Below, piece by piece: positions 39,615 to 50,783 of a DNA stretch of 64,000 nt (positions within the stretch are counted from its first letter, which is position 1; every line of letters starts with the position of its first letter). Made by a program: the position numbers and the translations under genes. The stretch comes from Azolla caroliniana (lineage: Eukaryota; Plantae; Polypodiophyta), in contig JBHGNT010000003.1 of assembly GCA_043228905.1 (NCBI GenBank), forward strand, positions 19,716,001-19,780,000, written 5' to 3'. The notes under the pieces are model-generated. The model was not told the origin of the DNA. It did no database searches and saw only the letters and a program-made list of their open reading frames with translations.

Positions 39615-40126
39615 CACAAGAAAGCACTAAACCTCATGAATGAAATGCAAACACATAATATCTCACCAAATACATTTATACTTGTTTCTCGTTTGAAAGT
39701 TTGAGGTCATATTAGAGACATCAATCAAGGTAGTGTAATATATGACGATATTGTGAAGAAATAGTTACAGAATGAGACCTTCATTGCCAATACATTAGTG
39801 GATATGTATGCAAATGTGGTTTTCTCTCAACGACATAGGAAATTTTCGACGATCTTCCTATGAAAGATGCAATTTCATGGAATATATTGACTGTAAGATA
39901 TGTGGAACATGGATATAGTGAGACAACACTCTCCCTCTTTGAGCAAATGCAAAGATTGGGCATCCCTCCAAATACTATCACACTTGTTTGCTGCTTGAAA
40001 GCATGTGGTAGCATTAGAGCTACGTTAGCAAGCAATGAAATTTACAAGGAAATTGTACAAAAAGCTATTGAAAGAGATTATTTCATTGTTAATACATTGG
40101 TAGACATGTATGTTAAATGTGGGTCA
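39615..40126 (+). pseudogene. PLS-class pentatricopeptide repeat (PPR) gene fragment
   Basis: KDAISWNILTVRYVEHG..LFEQMQRLGIPPNTITLVCCLKACGS...VNTLVDMYVKCGS, with a second degenerate PLS triplet upstream containing stops. Cut by an LTR at 40127. Confidence 0.85.
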
Positions 40127-40666
40127 TGTCACAGACACACCAACGTTAGACTACGTCAAAGCACATATGACGAGGCTACGATCGATAAGTGGAACCAAAA
40201 GTGATGAGGCTAGGAACTCTCAAATCTGTGAACGACAAGACTATGAACATAGGAATCTAAGGTTAACTAGAGAGCATGAAGACAAATATGAAGATCAAGG
40301 AGATAATACGGCATTAAATGAGAATACTAGATTGATGTGTCAATGACTGGTGTTGAATCCCTTGAAAGAGATCAAGGAGGTTACAAGTATTTATACAAGT
40401 TCTGAGATTGAATATCTCTAGAATATACTTAAGAAATATCTCTAGAATATACCCGACAAATATATCTAGAATATACCCATCTAGATTACACCATAGAATT
40501 TCTAGAATATACTAAAGACTAGAATATTCTGGAATGTACTATATGCTAAACTATTATATGTACAAGTACATGTTCATATCAAATGGTTAGGCATGCCGTC
40601 TAATAGATGTGAGGTTGTAGGTTCAATGCACATTAACTACCTATTTAATGTCATTGTGTCGTGACA
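40127..40666 (-). mobile_element. 3' LTR (540 bp) of an LTR retrotransposon inserted in the PPR pseudogene
   Basis: TGTCAC...GTGACA inverted termini. Adjacent PPT AAAGGGGAGGATAA on the minus strand (40667-40682). Confidence 0.75.
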
Positions 40667-40747
40667 TTATCCTCCCCTTTAGGCCACCTTTTCAAAAGCG
40701 TGGTGTAGGGGTGGACTGGAATTGGAGCACTGATGGGAGTGAGGAAC

Positions 40748-40821
40748 TGTCACGGACACACCAACCCTAGACTACGACAAAGCACAAATGACGAGGCTAC
40801 GACCGATAAGGTTACAAACGT
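40748..40821 (-). mobile_element. Start of a second, related LTR, truncated by the insertion at 40822
   Basis: TGTCACGGACACACCAACCCTAGACTACGACAAAGCAC is similar to 40127-40190 and diverges after ~60 bp. Confidence 0.65.
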
Positions 40822-41822
40822 TGTCGTGAAGATTTCGGGCCATGGTGAGAAACTGGGAAATATTGGAAGAATCGGCGGGGTGGAGCATGTGCACTTACCC
40901 TTGTATAAACGTGTGAATAATAGGGGTGCCTTTATGGCGCCAAGTAGGAGTTAAGTCGGGACAGAGAATCCCATGTAAATCGTGATTTATCCCACATTGT
41001 TACGCACCTCCCTCCTTGTGCTATAAAAGGAAGGGAGGGTCCCTTGTAAAAGGGTTGCCCATTTTGAGTTAGGAGGGTATACCGCTGTTGTGAAGAAAAC
41101 CGTCCCCAAGCGCAAACCGTGTATAATGTGTGTGAACCGGCCCTTACACGTGGGCACGTCCCTTGTCGTAAAGTAGATAGGTAGGCGCAAAGGTTAAATC
41201 CTAGGTAGCAATATTCTGTAAGGTAAATCGAGGAGTATCTCTGTCCGAAAGGATAGAGAATTAATGTGATGTAAACGGGTGAAACGGTCTCCCTCCTTGA
41301 GCTATAAAGGAGAGGGAGACGAGGGAGAGAGGGTATCGCGCGCTAGAGGGAATGAAGTGCTGTCGGACTGGGACCGAGCTCTTCTTCTCTATCGTTCTCC
41401 ATAGTTTCTTTTGCGCAGGTTCTCAGGAGGCTGATTCTGCTCCATGGAACGCTTGTGTGCTTCCGGCAGAATCTCCATCTTGCTCTCCTGTGTGCATGGG
41501 TGATCAGGCGTCGGCATCCACCTCGCCGACCTGATCGGCTGTAACCGTTTGAGTCGTCTGCATGCTTATGAATACATGCCTATTCTTACATACATACTCT
41601 AGTGTTCTCAACTCGTGTATCCTGTGTTGTTGTGCCGCGTCCCCGTGCGCTTCTTTGCCTATACGTGAGTGAGTGTCTCTTTCTCTTTCTCTCTCTCTCT
41701 TACTTTCCTCACCTACTCCTTGGTCCAAGACCCCAGTGGTCCCGCCTTGTTCTCCACGCACGTGCGTAGCAACGCGACATATTTGGTGAACCCGACGTGA
41801 ACAAGCGGCAGAGGAGTAGAAG

Positions 41823-43915
41823 ATGAGGGGGTCGGACCTTGCAGAAGCCATGGCTTCGGCTGTAGACCGTATAGTGAGTGCACGCGAAGGCATCGACGCC
41901 CTTGATAGGGCTATTGAGGCGGTTGTCGGTACGATCGGCCGGTTTAGTGGAAAGGATGCCACGAGCTACTTGGCGTCCTACCAGGCTGAGATGGTAATGA
42001 GGGACATCTCGGAAGAGAGGCGACTAGACGGATTCCCTCGAGTGGCGATGCCGGGTATCCATACGGAGGTGCTCAAGGTATGGGCCGAGAGCCGGACCTG
42101 GGAGGAGTTCGAAGGTCGGCTCCTTGAAAGATACGGGCTTGAAGATGCGCTTCGACTTTCGAAGCGGGACTTCATGGAGTGGGTGGAGACCCCCGACAAA
42201 GGAAGGAACGCGTTAGTGCTCCTTCGGGAGTTTGAGGAACGCTTCGCACGCCTCTCGGTGCTTGACCAGACCGTTCTGGACACAAGCCGTGTCCTATTGT
42301 TTGTTAAGTCGGTTGACGAGCGGGATCGGGAGCAGGTAGGCCTCCTATTGGAGACTGATGACGGGCTGACGGCCGACTGGGCCATAGTGAAAAGGGTCTG
42401 TGGCCGTTTCGACAAACGGCGGGAATGGGCTGACAAAGGATCGACAGGGGCGGGCTCTATCGCAGCAAGGAAGCTCGAGCCAACACCACCAACGCGAAGG
42501 GAAGAGACCTGAGATTGGCTCGAGACCGGGTCGGCTTCAACCGGCATGGTCAATGGCTCGTCCGGGGGAGCGGCTCTGGAGGAGCTGACGCGGATGGTAA
42601 AGGATCTCCAGATCGCCCAGGCATGGAGGGATGGTGGCGAACAGGCCCGTGACCGACGACCTCTGGCTGAAAACAGGTGCATGTGGTGTGACGCAGTTGG
42701 GCACATCCGGAAGGACTGCGGGGACTTCGTCGAGGCGATGAGAAGCAACGTGGTGTACTTGTGGAACGGTCGGGTGCACGCCAGCGAGGGGGTATGAAAA
42801 GGCTGATGGAGGAGGCGGCGGCTCGTCACGCGGAGACCGTCCACTACTCGGCGTCAGCTGGTATTCGGGTCGGAGGTGGCGAGGCCCCGAAGACGAACAA
42901 AGCCGGGTTCTGGCCGACGATGCTGGAAGGCCTTGCCGGCGCACGACTGAGGAAAGAAGAGGTGGACCGCGTGGAAAAACGGGTCCGGGAGGTAACCGGG
43001 TGGAGTGACCCGGTGGAAGAAAAGACGGGCTTCGTCGAAGCCGCTTGTCAAAACTACGAGGCTCTGGTGGAGGACAAGCGAGTAGGGAAAACCGGAGGGG
43101 TCGGGCCCTCGTAGCGATATGAAACTCAATTCGGGCAAAGACGGAATGAGGCCGGTGCATCTGGCACCCAGGATAATCCGAAGAAGGGCGGGTACCGGCT
43201 GGGCACAGAAATCGAAAGATCCACGGACCTGTGAAAGGTCCTGGAAGAACGAATCCTCGACAACAAGGTGGAGCTATCGCTGAGGGAAGTGCTCGGGATC
43301 GCCAAGAAGGAGTTCCACGACTCCATCGTAGACTTGGTGAAGAGGAAGAGGCTGTCGACGGAGACAGAACCGGAAAAGCCGGTGGAGGTGCGGACGACGC
43401 ACATAGAGGACATGGTGCTGGAAGACGAGTTGGCGGAGAGCCACTATTCGAGGCCGCACTAGGCTAGAGAGACCACGGAGACCCCCGTGATGATCGGAGA
43501 TGTTCATGAACCGGTGGTGGCGTTGGTAGACCACGGTTCAGAAATCAATTTGATGTCCATGGACTTCTATAAGAAGGGGAAATGGCCGATCAACACCAAG
43601 CACGGGTGGAAAATACGGGCGGCAACGCGTGCCACCGAGGAACTGCATGGAGCCTGCCCGAACGTACGAGTAAAGATCGGCGATGTCGAGATTGACCAGC
43701 ACTTCTTCGTGCAGGAGACGTCCTCACATCCGGTTATACTCGGAGAACCATACATCACGGCAGCACGAATGGAGACCAAGGTGCTGGACAACAGCTCGGC
43801 CTATGCGAGGGTCAAGAGCCAGGATGGGCGCCACTCGGTCCAGTTCCTGACGGTGAGACCGAACCATGAGAGGAACCGCGAGACCCTCGGGGGCGAAAGC
43901 AGGGAGGATTTTTGA
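41823..43915 (+). pseudogene. Gypsy gag-protease region of element C (disrupted)
   Basis: Gag, zinc knuckle CMWCDAVGHIRKDC, aspartic protease ALVDHGSEINLM. Several stops and at least one frameshift. Confidence 0.85.
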
Positions 43916-44703
43916 AGAGGGCTATCAAGGCGTGTGGCCGCGATAGTCCGGACACTCCGGGAGAACCCCACAAGTGTAAGATAGCGAAGAAACCCTGTAC
44001 TATAAGTAGGAAATTTTGGTTCTCCGACAACGGAGGGTGTACGATAGTTGATGTTGTTGGACGGAAGAAGAAAAGGGCGGAGGAACGACTTCGGGCATGT
44101 GGCGTCCTCGGCCTTGGAGAGGAAATCAACGGAGCCGTGGAGGCGGTCTCTTTCGACGATACCTTGGGGGAGCTGCGAGAGGTAGTCGGAGGAGTCCTTA
44201 AAGAGGACCGGACGATTCCAATATGTTCGGAAAAGATGTACGAAGTCATCGCGGACTTCAGTAGAGGGCTCGAGTCGGATCGGACGGCCCGGGTGGACAT
44301 GAGGTACAAGATTATGGACCGGAAGGTGAGGCCAGTCGCGGCTCCCTTGCTGGAGGGCAGTGAGTTGCGAATAAAGGGGGTTGCGTCGGACCCGAGTTTA
44401 CGAAATCCGGCCCGCATAGGACACACGTTCACCGACATAACGCTGCGCGAGCTCAAAATCGGTGGGGGCGGCTTCCTACTACTGGCAGAAGAGGACCGGT
44501 TTCGGGAAATGCTCGGAAGGCACAGGAAGGCTTTTGCATTCTCACCGGAGGAGATCGGGTGTGTAGACCCGATAGTCGTGGAATCGATGGTGGTATTCAC
44601 GGTACCGCATGTGCCGTGGAGTCTCAAACCGATCCCAGTACCCAGAGCTCACATCCCGAAGCTGATGGAGCTGTTAAAGTAGAAGGTCGAGATAGGAATT
44701 CTC

Positions 44704-47700
44704 TGTTAGGAAATCGACGCTTTCAAAACCTTCACCACTCGGCCACAACCGAGGAAACACGAATCAATGCAGAAGTAAATCAAAACACATAGAGAGACTC
44801 GAATGCACAGGGTTTAGCGTGGAAAACCCTAGACGGGAAAAACCACGGGAGTACAAGACTCCAACTATCACTATACGCAGGGAATGTACAATGGCGAGCT
44901 GCAAGGCGACGACCTTGAGCTCGCTGTCCTCGCCACAAGCGGTGGTATTACACAGAGGCGTCGACCTCTTCCTTTCTCTCTCTCTCTTACTCTCTCTCTC
45001 GGCTGCTCTCACTTCGCTCCCTCTAAGTGGAAAACAGAAAAATGAGCAACAACTAAAACTGTTTGCCCTAAGTCATATTTATACACATATGACTTTCGGG
45101 CTATTTACAAATATAGCCTCGAGGGCCCTTGGCAAACATATTCATAAATATGTCCCCGCATCCGGATCTCTCTCCGGGTACATTCGTCATCCGGCTCCGT
45201 AGCCGGGGTCTTCATCATCCGGTTCCGATACCGGGTACTCCATCATCCGGTTCCGATACCGGGTACTCCTCATTCGGGTCTTCATTCCCGATTCCCGGAC
45301 ATCTGACCATCCCATCCGGAGGGACCGTAATCCCAACAAACTCCCCCTTCACTTCGGCATGGGATGTCTTTCCAGTCCGACCCTCTTCCGGCACGCTTCC
45401 AGCTTGTCGGGTGTGAGCACTTTGGTCAGCATATCTGACCCGTTCTCGTCCGTGTGGATCTTCGTCAGCACGAACTCCTGGTCTTCTATCCTTTCCCGGA
45501 TCCAGTGATATCTTCGCTGGATGTGCTTCGTCCGGGAGTGATAGGCCGAATTCTTCGCAAGGTGGATTGCACTCTGACTGTCGCAGTAGAGTCGGTACTC
45601 CTCCTGCCGGATACCGAGCTCTCTAATGAAGTCCTTCATCCATATTATTTCCTTGCCGGCTTCAACAGCCGCCATGTACTCCGCCTCCGTGGTTGACAAC
45701 GCAACCGTCTTCTGCAGCCTCGACTGCCACGAAACAGCTCCCCCTGCATACGTCATCACATACCCTGATGTGGACCGGCTGGTATCCGCATCAGCCGACA
45801 TATCCGAATCGGTAAAGCCGTCGAGTTCGGGCTTACCGGAGCCGAATCGGAGGCACACGTTTGCCGTGGCCTTCAGGTATCGGAGTATCCACTTGGCCGC
45901 GTTCCAGTGCTCTTTGCCGGGATTGCTCATGTACCGGCTCACCACTCCGACTGCATATCCTATGTCCGGTCTTGTACACACCATTGCGTACATCAAGCTT
46001 CCGACGGCAGAGGCATATGGTACTTTCATCATGTCCTCCTTCTCAGCCTTTGTCTTGGGGCTTTGCTTGCTGGACAACCTGCAGTTTGCCGGGAGGGTTG
46101 ACCCGACTGGTCTTGCTTCCGACATGTTGAACCGGTGAAGCACCTTTGTCACATACTTCTCCTGTGACAGCCACAACTGCTTCTTCCGGTCCCGGATGAT
46201 GTGCATCCCTAGTATTTGCCTCGCCGGACCCAGGTCCTTCATTGAGAAGGTTCGGTGAAGCGCTTTCTTCAGCATCCGTATCTTGACCTGGTCCCGTCCG
46301 ACGATCAACATGTCGTCCACGTACAGGAGGAGTATTAGAAAGTCTCCTCCTTCGAACTTCTTCACAAACACGCAGTGATCGGACTGCGTTTTGTGGTACC
46401 CTTCGTCGGTCATGAAAGAGTCGAACTTCCGGTACCATTGCCGGGGAGCCTGCTTCAGTCCGTAAAGGCTCTTCTTCAACTGGCATACCAGGTGCTCCTT
46501 CCCTTTCTTCTCGAATCCTTCCGGTTGCTGCATGTAGATCTCTTCTTCGAGGTCACCATGAAGGAATGCCGTCTTCACGTCCATCTGTTCTACCTCGAGG
46601 TCCATGCTTGCCGCTATGCTCAGCACCGTCCGGATGGAGGTCATCTTCACTACCGGGGCAAATATCTCGTCGAAGTCGACGCCCTTCTTCTGCTGGAACC
46701 CCTTCACCACGATCCTGGCTTTGTATCTCGGGGGGTTTCCGGCATCTCCCGGTTTCAGCTTGAACACTCACTTGTTTCGAAGTGCCCGCTTTCCTTTCGG
46801 CAGCTCCACAAGTTCATATGTGTGGTTCTCATGCAGGGAATCCATCTCCTCCTGCATGGCACTTAACCACCTGCGGCTATGGGTGTCAAGATTTGCTTCT
46901 TCAAAACTCTCCGGCTCCCCCTCGTCGGTTAGCAGCACGTGCTCTGGTTCCGGAAATCTCCGGGGGGCCCTTCTCTCTCTTAGAGGATATCTCCGTTCCG
47001 GAGCTTCGGTAACCGGCTCCTCCGTTTCCTCTTCATCCGAATCCATTTCGGGATCGGGGCCGGTTCCGGTATCAGTTTCATCTTCCTCGGCCGGTTCTGT
47101 TTCTTCACCGTCTTCGGCCGGATCCTCGAGTGCTAACCGGTCCGTTGCCGGTCGGGACTGCTCCTCGTAGAGTTGATCCTCACCGGTCGAATTGGAGCTC
47201 TTCATCTTCTTCTCCGACTCCCAGTCGGCGAGTGTCTTGTCCTCCATGAAGATGATATCGCGACTCCGGAATATCTTTTTGTCGACCGGGTCCCATACTC
47301 GGTAGCCGAACTCGTCATCGCCGTAACCGAGGAATATGCATGGCCGGGTCTTTGGATCTAGCTTTCCTCTCCGGTCCTTTGCCACATGCACATATGCGAG
47401 ACACCCGAACACCTTCAGATGCCGGTAGGATACTTCCCTGCCGGTCCACACTCTCTGCGGCGTGTCTCCGTCCAAAGGTACTGAGGGTGATCTGTTTATC
47501 ACGTATGTCGCCGTCGACATTGCCTCAGCCCAAAACCCCTTGGGTAATTTCGCATGCGCCAGCATACTCCAGACCCTCTCCATTATGGTCCGGTTCATCC
47601 TCTCGGCCAGCCCGTTCAGTTCCGGCGTCTTCGGCACAGTAAACTCGAGCCGGATTCCCTTCGAGCGACAGTACTCCTCGAACTGCCCCCGGTATTCCCC

Positions 47701-50084
47701 TCCGTTATCTGCTCGTATCGCTTTCAGCTTCTTGCCGGATTCCCTTTCCACTCTCGCGTGGAGTTCTTTGAAAACGCACAACACTTGGTCCTTTTTCTTC
47801 AACGGTGCCGTCCACAGCTTCCGGCTGTGGTCATCAATGAATGTCACGAAGTACTGGGCTCCGCCATGTGACTTCGTTTCTACTTGACACACGTCAGTGT
47901 GCACCAACTCCAATGGTGCGCTACGTCTCGTCGGTGGCCTTGAGTGGAAGGAGGTTCAGTTCTGCTTACCGGCCAGGCAATCGGTGCACTTCTCCAGGTG
48001 CACATGCTTCACTGGAATAAGGTTGTCTTCTGCAAGCCTCTTCATCCCCTTCTCACTCATGTGGCACAGTCTCTTGTGCCACAGCTCACCGGCAGTGTCG
48101 GCTGCCAAGTTCAACTCATCCGGACACAACCAGGCATTCATAAGGTACAATGTGTTGACTTTCCGGGCCCGAGCCACTATCAGGCTCCCCTTGCTGAACT
48201 TCATTACGCAGTTCCGGATGCTACCTGTGTAGCCTTCATCGTCTAGCCTCCCGGCCGAAATAAGGTTCAATCGAACCTCCGGAACGTGTCGGACATCCTT
48301 CAGCAACATTTTGCATCCGGTCGAGGTTGTTAACCACACGTCTCCTATGCCGGCAATCCGGCACGTACCTTCATTTCCCATCCGAACACAACCATGCTCA
48401 CCGGCTGTGTAGGATGAGAAGTATCTTCTTTCCGGGGTCAGGTGGAACGACGCTCCGGAATCGACCACCCAGGTAGTCTCATCGCCGGCAATGTTTAGTT
48501 CACCTTCTTCGGTGATGAGCATGATCTCCTCTTCACTTGCCGCGAGTGCCGTCGTTCCTTTCCAGTCCTGCCCTCGCCGATCCGAACCATTCCGGTCCGT
48601 GGCTCCCCGATAAGCACCGTTCCGTTCCGAAGACTTCTTCGAATCGGTGTCGTCGGCTCCGTTGTCTTTTCGGTAATGCCGGCAATTCTTTCGGAAGTGC
48701 CCCGGCTTCCCATAGTGGAAGCATGTGGGCCTTCCTCTTGACTGCGACCGGGTCCCCGACTTCTCCCGTCTTTGCGGACTCCGGTTCCGTTGTCTTCCCC
48801 GATCCGATTCGGTAAGCAACATCTTCGGATCGGAGGCCGGTTCTTTATCTCTCCGACGCGCTTCTTCGTTCAAAATGCTTGTCTTTACCGTTTGTAAGGA
48901 CAAGTTATCTTCGGTGCAGGAGGTGCTGAGAGTCACCACCAAGTTCTCCCAGCTTTCCGGCAATGTACACATCAGCATGATGGCTTGCATTGCATCCTCC
49001 AACGGGAACTTGATCGCCGCAAGCTGGTTCACGAATCCCATGAACGTGCTTACGTGTTCCACCATACTCTCGCCGTCCCGGTATTTGAGGTTCACTATCC
49101 TCCTCATCAGGGAGGTCCGGTTCAACGCATTCTTCCTCTCGTAGAGGCCCGACAGCTTCTGCCACATCTCATATGCGTTGGTGTCGTTCGCCACATGTTG
49201 TAGAACGCTCACGTCGACGTATTGCCGAATGGTTGCAACGGCTTTCCGGTTCAGAAGCCTCCATTCCGTCTCAAGTACCCCCTTGGGTATTTCCGACCTG
49301 TCGATCGGTTCATACAGGTCCCGAACAATGAGCAGATCCTCCATCTTTATCTTCCAGTCGGCGTAGTTCTGCGCATTCAGCACCATCATCCCCGGCTGCC
49401 TGCTGCTGCCGCCTTCCATTTTCTGCACTGCAGTCGCTCTGATACCAGATTGTTAGGAAATCGACGCTTTCAAAACCTTCACCACTCGGCCACAACCGAG
49501 GAAACACGAATCAATGCAGAAGTAAATCAAAACACATAGAGAGACTCGAATGCACAGGGTTTAGCGTGGAAAACCCTAGACGGGAAAAACCACGGGAGTA
49601 CAAGACTCCAACTATCACTATACGCAGGGAATGTACAATGGCGAGCTGCAAGGCGACGACCTTGAGCTCGCTGTCCTCGCCACAGGCGGCGGTATTACAC
49701 AGAGGCTTCGACCTCTTCCTTTCTCTCTCTCTCTTACTCTCTCTCTCGGCTGCTCTCACTTCGCTCCCTCTAAGTGGAAAACAGAAAAATGAGCAACAAC
49801 TAAAACTGTTTGCCCTAAGTCATATTTATACACATATGACTTTCGGGCTATTTACAAATATAGCCTCGAGGGCCCTTGGCAAACATATTCATAAATATGT
49901 CCCCGCATCCGGATCTCTCTCCGGGTACATTCGTCATCCGGCTCCGTAGCCGGGTTCTTTATCATCCGGATCCGAATCCGGGTCTTCATCATCCGGTTCC
50001 GATACCGGGTACTCCTCATTCGGGTCTTCATTCCCGATTCCCGGACATCTGACCATCCCATCCGGAGGGACCGTAATCCTAACA
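44704..50084 (-). mobile_element. Full-length Tnt1/Tork-like Copia (element D); LTRs 44704-45338 and 49451-50084
   Basis: 5-bp TSD TTCTC, ~635-bp LTRs, PBS-Met at 49436-49447, PPT overlapping the pol stop codon. Confidence 0.95.
45349..49419 (-). pseudogene. Copia Gag-Pol of element D with two premature stops
   Basis: Colinear with the intact ORF at 58117-62193. CGA>TGA at 47956-47958, TGG>TGA at 46768-46770, and knuckle C>Y (CFHYGKPGH). Confidence 0.92.
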
Positions 50085-50150
50085 TTCTCGAACCGTCGAG
50101 TGCCCCATACTCGAATCGGTGGTTTACCGTGCCGAAGAAGGACGGCACGC

Positions 50151-50783
50151 TGTCGTGAAGAAAACCGTCCACGAGCGGAATCGGTGCACCGGAGCGTAGA
50201 AACCGACTCTTCATGCACGTGCGCCTTAAGTTGAACATAGGAGATCCTAGGTAGATTCGGTTGGTAGGGAGTAAAAGGGAAACGGCTCCTTCCTTGCCTA
50301 AAAAAAGGAGGGAGACGAGGAGGGTAAAGGGATCGCGGAGAGTCGAGGACGAAGTGCTGTCGGATTGGGCGCGAAGGCTTCTCTCTCTCTCTGGTTCGCA
50401 GACTCCATAGCTTTCTTCTGTGCAGGTTTCGGGAGGCTCGCGCTGCTCTGAGGAATGCCCGAGTGCTTCCGGCAGCACCTCCAACCTGTTCCTGTCTTTC
50501 TGTGCGTTTACGAACAGGTATCGGCATCTGTCCGCCGGCCTGTTCGGTTGTAACCGACTTCGTGTTTGTTGTCTTCGTGTTCTTGTTGTTTGTCTTGTCA
50601 ATACATACATACTTTCGTGTCTTTCTGTGTCGCTGTCCCATTCACGTCTTTGCGTCGAAGGGCCGTGTCCCTGTGAAACTACGCTCGCACGTAGTGGGTC
50701 TCTCTCTGTCTCTCTCTTACTCTTCGGTACAGGACCCCCGAGGTCCCGCCTCACTCCACGCATCCGCGAGGAATACCTCGACA
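50151..50783 (+). mobile_element. Solo LTR of the same Gypsy group (633 bp)
   Basis: TGTCGTGAAGAAAACCGTCC...CTCGACA with 4-bp TSD ACGC on both sides. Its removal restores the RT frame. Confidence 0.92.

Noticed and set aside
40127-40821. TRIM-like mini-element (LTR, 81 bp, LTR)
   Set aside because: No PBS next to the second LTR, and the two LTRs diverge after ~60 bp. Nesting of a related element near the PPT is the simpler reading.
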